From the NCBI GenBank assembly GCA_951406725.2, contig OX597817.1, forward strand, positions 109,864,001 through 109,928,000: a stretch of DNA of 64,000 nt, given 5' to 3'. Made by a program: the position numbers and the translations under genes. Below, one piece after another: positions 13,179 through 27,230 of this stretch. The first letter of the stretch is position 1. Each line of letters opens with the position of its first letter. Origin of the DNA: Octopus vulgaris. Lineage: Eukaryota. Below the pieces are notes generated by a model, which ran no database searches, was not told where the DNA came from, and was given only the letters and a program-made list of their open reading frames with translations.

Positions 13179-15189
13179 ACATATATATGTGTGTGTGTGT
13201 GTATCATGCAAATACCCTCTTACTGTGATGCATATGAGAGTGCGGGCACAGGTATTTTGTGTGTGTATGTGTATGTGTGTGCGTGTGTGTGTGCGTGCGT
13301 GTAGTTGCTGCATGTTCATTAGCTTACATGCATGTATTTCTGAACCACTACATTCGTGTATGTCTCATAGTACGTAGTTAAAGCAGCTTTAATTTCAGCT
13401 TAAACATCAATGGACGTTTATTAGATCAGCAAATATTATCCATCTTCATTGGCGATATGAATCAGAGAAGACGAGAAATAAAAATAAATATATGTTAAGC
13501 AAAAAACAAAACATGATCCTGCAGAGTCAATAATCCAATCAATGTTCTCCAGGCAACCGCAACGTTCTTTGAAAACTCTACAGCTTCAGTCTTTAAAAAA
13601 AATTAGTGTCGCATACAAAATAATTACCTAGGGAGCGTATAGTTGCATTTCAAATTTTTATGTACCCTGTTTCTTTTGACTGTGTGCAAGAATACTACCC
13701 GTTATGGAGTAATGAATTTCTTTTAGAGAACTATGTTAGATCCGGTTCCAAACGAATGATTTTTCTGTGTTCACTGGTGTTATATCTCGTCAGATAGATA
13801 CTCTCTTATTGTTGTGTAGGCAGCCTAAGTACGGGAGGAAACACAATCGTCGGATCGATAGAGAAAACTACCTGCAATATTTAATTAATTGCGCTTTAAT
13901 TAATTTCGGTCTTGCCTCAATTGCCTTTGACTTTCATCCATCCAAGGGTAAATAAAATAATTACCAGTCAAGTACGGAGGTCGATTTAAATGGGTGCCTT
14001 GTGTACTAAAATGTGTGGAGCCTTATATATGCCATTGTTAGAAATCTATGGCGTGAGAACGGCATAGTAGCAGGATTATTCACAGACTGATTGCTTAATT
14101 ATTTAATTTGCTCTTCGCTACTCTTTTTCTCAGGGGTAGATAATCATTTTAAGTTTCGAAACACATTATACATTAGGTAATTGAACTAGCAGGAAATGTA
14201 TTGTCAAACATTACATTTCCCGATGGGATATCGATACGCCTCATTTTCCTCATTATTCAGTATCAATGGAAATAGTAATTACTATTGTTAATTACTAATT
14301 ACGGGTTTAATTCAATTGATAAAACACACCCTTTCATTCAGAAGTCTGGCCTTAGCTTTATACCTCGCCTTTTAATTAAAATCTATCCATGTTAATAATA
14401 TTGTAAAGTGGCCGAAGGAGCAGAATGTTGCAGCTTTATGTTCGTAGTTGCCTAATATAGGCTACAAATTTTGGTTTGAAATTAAAGAGCCAAACGTCAG
14501 ATTTACTCGAAAAATCATACAGTGTGAACGTGTTTTTTTTCTCTTTTTTTTAACCAGCATGTCGAAATTTTTGCTTCTTTAATAATCCTTTTATCGAGGT
14601 ATCACTTACATGTATACAGGTATTTTCGTGCTCGCTAAATATTTTTGATTGACTAGCTTCTTATAGCATAATTTTACCAGCAGATTTTAATTTTCTTATA
14701 TTGTTTATTTTTCAAAGTATTACATGTGCCACCTAAAAACCCGAGCGCACTGACATGCGCGTCTTAGGTAACCATCACATTATACAGACTGTAAAGAGGA
14801 AAACATTTCAGAACCAAATACAGTGAATTATGATCCCCACGGCAAGATTTCCTCTGAACAATTACATCTGTTATATCAAACTGGTTATATAAAATCATTC
14901 ATCAAAAGTCAAACCACATAATTTTCGAGGACACTTTTCTCAGTTTCACAGTCGTCATATCTCCATAGTAAATGTCGTTGACACCAGTTCAATATCAATT
15001 AATCCAATGTTGTTGCTTTTGTTGCTCTTACTACTACTGCTCCTTTTGTTATCGTTGTAACTGTTGTTGTTGTTGTTGCTGCTGCTGCTTTTAGCCCGTT
15101 TAAACCTCACTGAGAAAACCTATCATTAGTGGTGCTCCAGTTGTGATGAACATCCAGTCCTTTATTGTTTTCATTGTTTTAAACGGTAT

Positions 15190-15850
15190 AGACGCAGGCG
15201 TTTGTGTGGTAAAAAGATTGCCTCAAAATGGTTTTATATGTAGTCAATGTAAGAGGTATATCGCCTCCTTAATGTGTTTTTGTAAGAGGTTTGTTGCCTC
15301 AAAATGTTTTATAAAAGAACAATGTGCTCGGTATACAGAAATCGGCGGGCATTGCTCTTGCCCTCATTTTTCACCATTTCATTTGTCATTCATATCATTA
15401 TGTGTGTCCAGCCCGCAGCTTCCATTCTGTGTAAGGCCCTTGTGGCCAATTAAATGAATAAAAGAAGATTGCTTACCAATCGCATGGTTCTGGGTTCAAT
15501 CCCACTGCGTGGCACCTTGAGCAAGTGTTTTGTACTATAGCTTCGGGCTGACCAAAGCCTTGTGAGTGGATTTGGTTGACGGAAACTGAAAGAAGCCCGT
15601 CGTATATATATATATAGCTGTGTGGGGGTGGGGGTCTTTGAGTCTGTTTTTGCGCCCCACCACCGCTTGACAACCGGTGTTGGTGTGTTTAAGTCTCTGC
15701 AACCTAGTGGTTTGGCAAAAGAAGACCGATAGAATAAGTACCAGGCTTAATACAAAAAATAAGTACGGGGGTTGATTCATTCAGCGAAAAGAAATTGGTC
15801 AAGGCGGTGCCCCAGCATGGCCGCAGTCTAAAACAAATAAAATACAAAGG
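15190..15850 (+). mobile_element. SINE family A interrupted in its tRNA-derived head
   Basis: Head starts GACGCAGGCGTTTGTGTGGTAAAAAGATTGC, resumes after the insertion as AAGAAGATTGCTTACCAATCGCATGGTTCTGGGTTCAATCCC and runs to CCAGCATGGCCGCAGTC. Confidence 0.88.
15222..15461 (+). mobile_element. Tx1-like LINE 3' end inserted in the SINE-A head, 11-bp TSD
   Basis: Ends TCTGTGTAAGGCCCTTGTGGCCAATTAAATGAA, homologous to the Tx1 3' terminus at 10789; TSD AA(A/G)AAGATTGC at 15211-15221 and 15462-15472. Confidence 0.72.
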
Positions 15851-16960
15851 TAAAATTTGGTTTTAGTGCTACGACTTCTAACAAGTTGATCACTTCTGCG
15901 TTGGTCGGTCAATACTGTTAAATATCTTGTCTATGAGCAGGTCCTTTTAACGCTTCTACACCAGGCAGATAATATTATCAAAAATATATATAACAAAAGT
16001 GAATATAACGGTATATGTGTGTTTTAAATGGCTATCACGATTTTACTATGATGTAATTAGTTTACATTCAATATACTGTTTTCGATCACGTCACTTGCCA
16101 AAAAATTTGATTCTATCATTATAAGTGGATTCAATACAAATGAATACATTTTCAAGAATTACTTTCTTATGCAAATCTAAATTGACTTATATTAATAGAG
16201 AAACGTGATAGCCTTTGAGGTTTAAAATTGATAAAGGATAACTGATTTATGTATATTAGAAAACAATATATCATATATTATATACATGTGTGTATGTATT
16301 TGTATGAGCATGACTGTATTTGATGATTGTGCGTGCGTGTGTGTGTGTGTGTGTGTGTTTATGCATGCATGCGCATAAATGAAAAGTTGAATATTTCTTC
16401 CATCAATACAATAGCTATATAATATCAACATAAATTCACGAATTCACAACCGATATTTTCCTTAAACAAAATTTTGTGTATTAAATTACTGGTACATTAA
16501 CAGCGTTCTGTTTCGTTGTTATATAAAGCGCCATAGAACATATCTATAGATTTTCTTCGTCAACAATCTACATTACGATGATTGTAAGCATCACATACAT
16601 ACATACATACATACATACATACATACATACATACATACATACATACATACATACATACATACATACGGACGTATTCGCGCACAGAGAAAGAAGGAACGGT
16701 TGCATATACATATTACAATTTTGTTTTTAGTTCATCAGCAACTGTGTACCTTCCTTAACTATCCACGAACACACTGCCCATAAAGTCACTGATATTAGTA
16801 GCGAAATTAAACTGTACATACGAATTTGCATATTCAACACTTTTTATGCTTGATTCACCTGCAAACTGAAACCCGAAAATACCCTACATAACTTAAAATA
16901 GAGGCAAAAAATAAAGCGTGCAATGCTTTATCCAACAGCGTAGTATAGTGCATATCACCT

Positions 16961-17308
16961 TTTCTACTCTAGGCACAAGGCCCGAAATTTGGGAGGAGGG
17001 GCCAGTCTATTAGATCGACCCCACTATGGAACTGGTACTTAATTTATCGATCCTGAAAAGGATGAAAGGCAAAGACAACCTCGGTGGAATTTGAACTCAG
17101 AACGTAACGGCAGATGAAATACCTATTTCTTTACTACCCACAAGGGGCTAAACACAGAGAGAACAAACAAGGACAGACAAACGGATTAAGTCGATTACAT
17201 TGACCCCAGTGCGTAACTGGTACTTAGTTTATCGATCCTGAAAGGATGAAAGGCAAGGTCCACCTCAGCGGAATTTGAACTCAGAACGTAACGACGTGCT
17301 AACGTTTC
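16961..17308 (-). mobile_element. Composite SINE-B: Tx1-tailed SINE-B unit joined to a normal SINE-B unit
   Basis: Two Deu/Nin-like cores in tandem. The first ends TCTGTGTTTAGCCCCTTGTGGGTAGTAAAGAAAT (17123-17186) instead of the usual GGCCTTGTGCC tail. Outer TSD TGCATATCAYCT at 16949-16960 and 17309-17320. Confidence 0.85.
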
Positions 17309-17746
17309 TGCATATCATCTGTAAGGTCAATGAATTAGCTTCTGCACTGCCGTTTGACTTACTAGAAATAGTAGCTAAAGCTCCCTCAAACCACTCCTTA
17401 GTACCTTAAATCTGAATTCTCCAATTAAAGTTAGAACGTCGTTGATTATATATCGCTAGATCAGGGTTAAAAATAATAACAATTAGAACATCTTGTCTAA
17501 GCTAGAACGAAACCCTTTCGAAGAAACGAATATGAACTAGTAACAGCAAACATTGGAAATTACCAAGTCTTTCATTTTGCCTTCTGGCTACCATTTTAAT
17601 GACACATCTATTATCTGTTCACCAAATTTATTGCAGTAGTTGTCAAAAATATAAATATTTATTAAACACAAACACTTCATTGTTAAACGCTATATTTATG
17701 AGAGAATGTATTTATACGCTTATGTGTGCATTTGTATATGCAAATT

Positions 17747-17788
<42 letters not shown>

Positions 17789-17844
17789 CATATGCGTGTA
17801 TGTCTGTACACACGTGTCCATAGATAAACAGACAGGCAGACAGG

Positions 17845-17927
<83 letters not shown>

Positions 17928-17948
17928 TTAGATAGATAGTTAGATAGT

Positions 17949-18040
<92 letters not shown>

Positions 18041-18172
18041 AAGAAAATAAAAGCGATAAAAGATTATTTAAACCCTTCTTTATGTATTCAGTGTGCCCAC
18101 TCTAACCTATTTGTACATATGCGCGTTGCACACTCACACACACACAGTCACGCACATACATGTGTGCGTGTG

Positions 18173-18228
<56 letters not shown>

Positions 18229-18289
18229 CATATATATATAGAGAGAGAGACAGAGACAGAGAAAACAGACAGATAGACAGACAGACAGG

Positions 18290-18790
18290 ATGACTGTCGA
18301 CCTCCTGAACGAATGCAAACATCATGAAAATACATCAACTGATCTTGGAGGACCGTCACCGAAAAATTGACGCACTTGTTGGTATGACTGGTGTATTCTG
18401 GAGCTCTTGCCAACGATTTTGAGCGAGGAATTGCAGATGAAAAGGGTTGCTCACGAAAGATCAAAAGCAGCCAAGACTGAATGCGTGTCTGAATGCATGA
18501 ACTGAAAGAACAGTTGGGAGTTGATCCGGAACTTTTTTTCGAAGGTCATCACTTGTGACGAAAGGTGGTGCAACGGAATTTGCAGATGTAGAAGAGGTGA
18601 AGAAAAAACCGACGGAGACGTTAAAAGACACCACTTCACAAGAGTTTCAGCACTGCTTCGAATAGTGGAAAATGCGCCTGGACCGATGCATTGCTTCAAA
18701 TGGAGAATATTTTGAAGGCGATAAAAGTATAAAAATGTAAAACTAAGTGAATAAAATTAATATTGCAAAATTCCTGTTTCTTTTGTGTAC

Positions 18791-18792
<2 letters not shown>
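18290..18792 (+). mobile_element. Internally deleted mariner transposon remnant
   Basis: Frameshifted translation gives KIHQLILEDRHRKID, FSKVITCDERW and EFQHCFE*WKMRLDRCIASNGEYFEGDK (mariner C-terminus); TIR-like end TTCCTGTTTCTTTTTGTGTACCC followed by (TA)n. Confidence 0.88.
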
Positions 18793-18836
<44 letters not shown>

Positions 18837-18871
18837 TTATTTACTTATAGTTATATATATATATATATATA

Positions 18872-18960
<89 letters not shown>

Positions 18961-19011
18961 ATATATATATATATATTTATTTATTTATAGTTATATATAT
19001 ATATAATATAT

Positions 19012-19062
<51 letters not shown>

Positions 19063-19586
19063 TATGTATGTATGTATGTAATAAACGCAAGAGAACGTCA
19101 GCAATAAACGTAAAGCATGAGATTTGATGATATGTTGTTTTTCTGAACGTCTTTAAGCATGCTGGTTGATGTCTGTATGTAATTAATCTTAATAAACTGC
19201 TGTGTATACAGGCTATTTATAGAAACTGCCTTTAAATCCCCGTGATATAAGAAATACCTACATCGTTAGCGTTTATTTAGGTGCTTGCGTACGAATCTAC
19301 TTTTGTGTGCGCGTATGTGTGTGAGAGAGAGAGAGTGTGTGTGTAAGTGAAAGGACTTTGCGTGGTTTTCTTGGTGCAACACGAAACCTGAACTAAATTT
19401 CTCGCTAAATATAAATAGCAATTAGTGTAACATGTAGCGCTCAGTAACTTATCGCTCATAACATACTCTACCTGATGTAAACATACTTACATACATACAT
19501 GTGTGCGCGTGCGTGTGTATATATGTATATACATATATAAATATATACATCTATATATATATATACATATATATACGCACACACAC

Positions 19587-19631
<45 letters not shown>

Positions 19632-19642
19632 CCTCAGGTGAA

Positions 19643-19679
<37 letters not shown>

Positions 19680-20119
19680 AATAATATACACAAAGATATA
19701 TATATGTATGCAAGGCAAGTATATATATGTGTGTGTGTGTGTGTGTGAGTGCGTGTGTGTGTGTGTGCACCTACGTACACAAATTCATATATACATACGT
19801 ACATACTTGCATATAGATATAATATGTGTGTGCATTTATGTGTACCATGTGAGTACGTGCGTGTGCATGATGTCATCCTGAAACATATGGCGGCATAATT
19901 ATTGCTGCAAGAAACGGTGTTAGTAGGTGTGCAACTGGATATTCGTGTGTAGTATACATGAGCATGTGTATGTGTGGCTATGTATATGGGAATGTATTGT
20001 ACGACTGTATTGTATTTATGTGATATGGAGTTTATATGGTGTTTGTAGTGTCAGTATACGTACACACATGTACATGCATGTATGTACAAATATATGTATA
20101 CGCATGCATTTGTATATGC

Positions 20120-20150
<31 letters not shown>

Positions 20151-20248
20151 TGTATGTATGTATGTATGTATGTATGTATGTGAATATAGCTATTTATGCG
20201 TTAGTGCATAAACACAGGTTTCTATCTATGAATTTCTGATTTGTGCAT

Positions 20249-20288
<40 letters not shown>

Positions 20289-21527
20289 GGAATTTCCAAA
20301 CAAAAACATAAGACGAATACGGGTGTGTGTATATATATATACATACATACACACATACATATATATATATGTGTGTGTGTGTGTGTGTATGTGTGTGTAT
20401 GTATGTATAGATAGATATGTATATACCTGTATGTGAATGTATGTTTATATATGCGCGGGTACGTGCGTGTTTCTGTGTGTGTGTGTATTTTCTAACGATC
20501 TCGTACAAATGGATGTTTAGATCGTTTGTTTTGTTTTGTTTTTTGGTGGTGGGGGGGGGGGGGTCTTTGTAATTACGATGGAATTATCATTAATTTCTTT
20601 TAACATTTCATCAAAACAAAACAAACGATCTAAACATCCAGTTGTACGAGACCGTTAGAAAATACACATCATCATCGCCATCGTCATCGCCATCGTCATC
20701 CCCAATCATCGTCTTTTTACTAAAATTATTGCTGTTCTTTTTCTGTTGTTGTTAGTATTATGAGCTGAACTGTGCTTAGAAAATATTTTATTTTTATTTT
20801 CGCCAACTAACAACTGGGGAATGTTTGAACGTCAAAGCCTATTAGCCAGGAGTAAAAAATAATAATAATAATTCATCCAGAGATGTATTTATTGGGTAAC
20901 ATAATTCGGCAAGCATACATGGTGTTTTGTTTATTAATAACTCAATATGGCTACCTGTGGTGTAGCGAAGGGAATTGTTAGCTAAAAGTTGATAACAACA
21001 ATTAATCAGAAGCCATGTGTTGAAGCAGAAACAGGTACATCGTGAAATATTTGCTTTTTGTATATTTCTTAGTAGTGTGTAGAATATTATATACGCTAGT
21101 TTATGGGAGAGAGGCTTAGAATACAACCTGAACTGCAGTTTCGGTTTCATCAGCTCTTCGATCACCCATATACTTGGAAAAGTAAAGAATTAAATGGTTC
21201 GCTTGCTCCCTTCTCTTCCCATTTTTTCTCTGAAGTAGGGGAAGATATTTAAAGACGGGGGTGGGAGATATTAATAAGTTATATGTTGATTGGTTGAAAC
21301 TGACCCTGAAAACCTGCAACGAAAATATCTTATTGGATGATTTATGTTACCGTTCTAAATATAGATGTATGAATGGGAGTGGCTGTGTGTGTGAAGATTT
21401 TTTTTTAACTTATACATAAATATAGAGTTCTGGGTAGGTGTGGTTGTGTGTTAACTTATCCATAAATTAAAGCTAGAACAAGCACAAGAAAAGGGGGTGG
21501 AGAAAAAGAAGAGAAAAAGAAGGAGAT

Positions 21528-21619
21528 GGAAGAAGAAGAAGAAGAAGAAGAAGAAGAAGAAGAAGAAGAAGAAGAAGAAGAAGAAGAAGAAGAAGAAGAA
21601 GAAGAAGAAGAAGAAGAAG
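21528..21619. repeat. (GAA)n microsatellite
   Basis: Pure GAA run. Confidence 0.98.
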
Positions 21620-22479
21620 ACATGGTTCCACTAAATAAAAATACATTTAGTCTGTATATAATACGATATTATTTTATGCCAATAAGAATTCTCATCCCCC
21701 ATTTAACACTCTTCCTAGTATAATTTCTTCATTATCTACGGATAACTACCGTTTTCTTCTCATTACTACAATAAAACGCGCCAAAACAGTGATTTTTCAG
21801 GTAAAATTTAATTTATAATAACCTTCACCATCTCAAGGTGTAGAAATACATCCAGAAAATCATATGGTTTAACCCAACTTCCAGCTTAGATGTAAAACCC
21901 AGTATAATTTAGTCACATTTCCCATGCCGACGTAAAAGTGAAAAGAAACTATCTTATGTTATCTATGTTCGTTGTAAAATCTTTACTTCTATTAATCTGT
22001 TACACTATAATTCCGAAAAGGTTCTTCTTTATCAGTGAAATTGTTTTCTGTACCCACCTTTATTTGTATTAATCCTAGCATCAATTCTCTCACTGGAAGA
22101 TGCCTGTCTCACTCTCCCTCTCCCACATGCATCTATTATTTCTTCCCGGCCATTTTTCCTTCATCCTCAATCTCCCCACTCCTTCCTGCCTCCGCTTATT
22201 TCATTTTAATATTTTCGGGAAATTTTATCGAATCCTTTCCAGTTTTATGTGCTAATATCATCTAATCAAAATTCGGTTTCATTTCTAAATATTTCATTCT
22301 TTTCTACCTTATTAACGTTTTCACTATCGTCCTGTTTTCACTATCGTCTGATTATCGGAAACGAGAAATTATGTGTTTCTTACAATCAAGAGAAAAAAGC
22401 AATGCATATGGCATTTTACTGGCTCGTTAGATTATGTAGATGTTTCTACACCTTGAGATGTTGATGCTGATTATATCCT

Positions 22480-22985
<506 letters not shown>

Positions 22986-23314
22986 AATTATTTTTAAAAA
23001 ATCTGTTTTGGCGCATCTTATATTCATGACAACCGGTGTTGGTGAAGGAAACGGTAGTACGCTTTCTTGTATTAGAATGTTTAACGGAGAAAGAAAGGAA
23101 GATATCCTCAAGCTGGAGATCTGGCTCCAAAACTTGCAACAAAGTGTAGTTCGCTAAAAGCAACCAAAACGCCAAGTTGTAGTGCTAAATTAGGTAATGG
23201 ATTAAATGTACCACCCAAGTAGGTCATGGTGAGATTTGAACTCAAGGCTCAAAGAGTCAGGACGAATAGAGCAAAACAACTGGTCTGAAGTTCTTTTAGT
23301 TTGTATTAACCCAC

Positions 23315-23470
23315 CTCCCTCGACTGGTACTATTTTATCGCCTGGGGTACAGAATAAAATGCAAAGCTGTTATCGACTTCGGCAGAATTTGGTCTCAGAG
23401 CGTAGGGAGTCGAACACATATCACGAGCCCTTCTATCCGATGCCTTAACGACTCTGTCAATTCGCCATCC
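23315..23470 (-). mobile_element. Degenerate SINE family B
   Basis: CTGGTACTATTTTATCG...GACTTCGGCAGAATTTGGTCTCAGAGCGTA...AACGACTCTGTCAATTCGCC. Confidence 0.6.
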
Positions 23471-24356
23471 AACTGGGAATATTGATCTGGGAAATTTTAG
23501 CTTCAAATGAAATGCTTTTAGCATTGTGTACACGTCTTCATCTTATTCGCATTCAGGTGTTTGCTTTGCCTCTGATAAATTTTCTTTTCCAGTGCTGTTG
23601 AAGGTTTTACTTTTCGTACACCTGTATACCAAGCTTTTGATGTAGTTGCGTTATATATTATCTGACGAGGCTTCGTGCTGCTGGTCTTGGCTGTTAGAAA
23701 AAAACAACTAACGCTTCATATTAGTCTGTTCTTCAAAGAAATTTCTATTACATATGTGTTGTAAATCTGGCAATCCTGTAACACATTAGTTGTTCACTAT
23801 CTGACACTCTCCAGTCTGCCAAAGAAACCACACTTAAGAGGTACTATTGTAAATATATGGATGCAGTCAGTTAAGCAAATGTTATCATATAAGCAGGTGT
23901 ATATACTTATGTATAAATGTGCTCAGATATTTGAATGGATGTGTGCATATATGTTTGAACACACATAAGTACTTAGGTTCATATACCTGTATGCATTTTT
24001 GTATATATCTATGTTAGTTGTACTTATAATAATATGCACAATTTTTCGGAGACTAATATTGAATCTTGTTTTTTATTATTATGAGACGTTTGCGAAGAGT
24101 AGACTTTCACTTACATACTGTTCCTCTGTCCCTCCCTCACACTCTCACTCTCCTTCCCAAACTCTCTCTCTCTCTCTTCCGAACTCAATCTCTCTTCCTA
24201 CCTAACGCTTTCTATCAATATCTATCTATCTATTTATCTATTTTTCACTCGTTCTCCATCACTTCACTCTGCTTCTCTTTCGCTTCCGGTATATACGTGT
24301 GAGTGTGTGTGAGAGAGAAACAGAGAGAGAGAGTGTGTGTGTGTGTATGTGTGTGT

Positions 24357-24392
<36 letters not shown>

Positions 24393-24895
24393 TCATGTAT
24401 ATCTGTACATATACGGACATAGACGCGCGCACACACACACATACATACACACACACATGTATGTATGCAATGTATGTAATGTATGTAATGTATGTATGTA
24501 GATATGTATGTATGTATGTATGTATGTATACATGTATGTATGTATGTATGTATGTATGTATACACACATACATTTACAATCGAAAGAAATACGTTCTCAA
24601 AACAGTGTGTAGTGGTTCTGTTCAATAGGAATCACTCAGTTAATGATTCACGTTATTGCTACTGTTAAGCTCCAAGTTGCATTGGAGTAAATCATTAACT
24701 GTTTCGTTCTATATACATAGATATATATATACATATGTATATATATATATCTATGTATATAGAACGAAACAGAACCACTACACAGTATTTTGAGGACGCA
24801 TCTCTTTCGTTTGTAAATGTAAATACATACATACATACATACATACATACATACATACATACATACATACATACATACATACATACATACATACA

Positions 24896-24927
<32 letters not shown>

Positions 24928-25231
24928 CATATATTGTAATGTGGTGATTGACGATTTAAAGTCTATTCTCAGCATATTAGCATAGAATTTTTTTCTTTTG
25001 CTCTTGTTTATAATTGTATATATATATATATATATATATATACGCATATACATGTATATACATTTATATAAACACGCATATACATAAATATAGATATACT
25101 TATATATGTATGTATACGTATATATTTATGAATATATATGTATACACACATACATATATAGGTGTGTGTATGTTTGGTGTGTGTGTACGTGTGTGTGTGT
25201 ATGTATCTATGTATGAATGTATGTATGTAAG

Positions 25232-25262
<31 letters not shown>

Positions 25263-25279
25263 GTATGTATTTATGTATG

Positions 25280-25310
<31 letters not shown>

Positions 25311-25634
25311 TGTATTTGTATGTGTGTATGTGTATCTGCATGTGCGCGTAAGTGTGTACATAAATAGATCTTAAATGTCATAGCAGTTGTTTCCACTGTC
25401 AATGTCATATCAACTGTAAGTTGGAATACGGTTTTGGAAAAAAAAAATCATCAAAAAAATTCGCAATAGATTTCCAAACATCATCTATCTGGCAGTTTTC
25501 CGGCTTTCTGCCACCTAAAGTTTGTCATATTTCTGCACTTTATATATATCGGGGATGGAGTGATCTCCATAGGTTTCTACGACTAGTATTCAGTTTTTTC
25601 GATGAACTAGACTACATTCTCATTAATTTAACCT

Positions 25635-25862
25635 GTAAGCTGGCAATGCGGGGAGCTGATAGAATCGTTAGCACGCCGAGCAAAACGCTTAACGACATTT
25701 CGTCCGTCTTTACGTTCTAGGTTCAAATTCCGTCGACGTCGAATTTGCCTTTCATCCTTTCTGGGTCGATAAAGCAAGTACCAGTAGGGCACTGGTGTCA
25801 TTGTAATCGCCTTCGTCCTTCCGTTGAAATTACTGGCCTTGTGCCAAAATTTGAAATCAATA
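25635..25862 (+). mobile_element. SINE family B
   Basis: AGAATCGTTAGCACGCCGAGC...GTTCAAATTCCG...TTTGCCTTTCATCCTTTCTGGGTCGATAA...GGCCTTGTGCCAAAATTTGAAATCAATAT. Confidence 0.88.
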
Positions 25863-26639
25863 TATTTTACGAAATCTAACTTTTCAAAAATAACTAGTAC
25901 CATTGAGTCACTGCGTCATATGTGTAGTATAAGGTTCACTTTCATCCAGTGTTTCTATTGAGACATCATTTCTAGGCGCTTGCCGGTAAGACATAACTAT
26001 ACCCTGCCAAATGTCAATCTAGTCTTTGTACGGTTTTCGCTAAAAAGCCATAATTTTGAATAGGGACAAATAATAGCTATATGTTACTACAAAATAGTGC
26101 TTTGCCTATGATATAGCTATCCTTTATAACACTCGCTGGTATTTTACCTTTTGAGTCTCACCAATTATAACCCATTAACTAATACCGCTCTTGCAATTTA
26201 TATCTCCAAATACAAATATCTTATAGTCTATTATATTAAGATATCATTTAGCATAGTGCAGATAGGATAGCCTTAGATATAGATGTCAGTCAAATGTTTT
26301 GCTTGACCAATTTACCTCCACTGAATAGGCCCACAAATGTTTACTGCATTAATTCTTGAGAAATGAACCAATGGATCAAAGAGATTATATTCTACGAAGC
26401 TTCTAATTCATGTAATCATTACAACGAAATCTGTTCCTGTTTCCTATCACCCTCTAGTTTTATAATAGAGGACAACATGTTTCATGTTCTAATCTTTTAG
26501 TAGGATAATCAGCAATGAAAATATAAAACTTTCAGCTAGAATATCGATTGGGTGGTACTTTATTCGACTATCTTTGTGCGGAGTTAAAAGCTGATACTTA
26601 ACAACAACTACAACAAAAATAATTATTAAACTCAACCAC

Positions 26640-27230
26640 TTCCACAACTAATCCATTCCATAGACATTAAAACCCACAAGATCCTAACATCAACGGGAAA
26701 GTTCTACAAAAACTATAGTGTGGACAGGCTCTATCCAAGATGAAGAGGCTTGAGGTCAGTGCAGACTGCCTGCAAATGTCGTATACATCCAAAGGCTGTC
26801 TCCCAGACAGCACCAACTAAACAGCACTACCAAAAATAAGTATATAAGCCTAGTGCTAAAAATCGAAGATGACATCCTACATGTCAGCAGTAAGATTCTC
26901 AGGAAGTACTTTCTTCTTGAAGGCCTCCCATACAACCCCAAAGCATCTGGACTAAAATACCTCAAAAAAGACCTTAATGTGAGCCGCTCATCATACTGTA
27001 AAAACAGTATGTAAAAGTATGTTTCCCCAAGAATTGAAGAAGTTAGTAATATCGACATGAAGCGCAGTCTCTCTTGGACTTGTAACTGCTACATCAATCA
27101 CATCATAACTCGAACTTCAACATGTGACATTATTTTATATTAGTTATCTACATTCCAACGATGATGCTTTGTATCTTTGTTAGAAACGAGCTCTTTCCTT
27201 ACAGGAATACTTCAAATAATTAAAAACAGA
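26640..27230 (+). mobile_element. Old, degenerate R4/Dong-like LINE 3' end
   Basis: Broken frames give TIVW..LEVSA..PANV..KNKYISLV..LLEGLPYNPK..TVKTVCKSMF, paralleling the RLE of the 8205-8860 element. The 3' UTR at 27150-27227 aligns with that element's 3' UTR (GTTAGAAACnnGCTCTTTC). Confidence 0.6.

Noticed and set aside
13496-13590. Terminal exon on the minus strand (TEAVEFSKNVAVAWRTLIGLLTLQDHVLFFA*)
   Set aside because: Only an acceptor-like site and a short unrecognised frame; expected by chance.
26640-27100. Penelope GIY-YIG assignment
   Set aside because: Initially suggested by STT..KY and PYNP, but the motif order and 3' UTR homology fit an R4/Dong-like RLE better.
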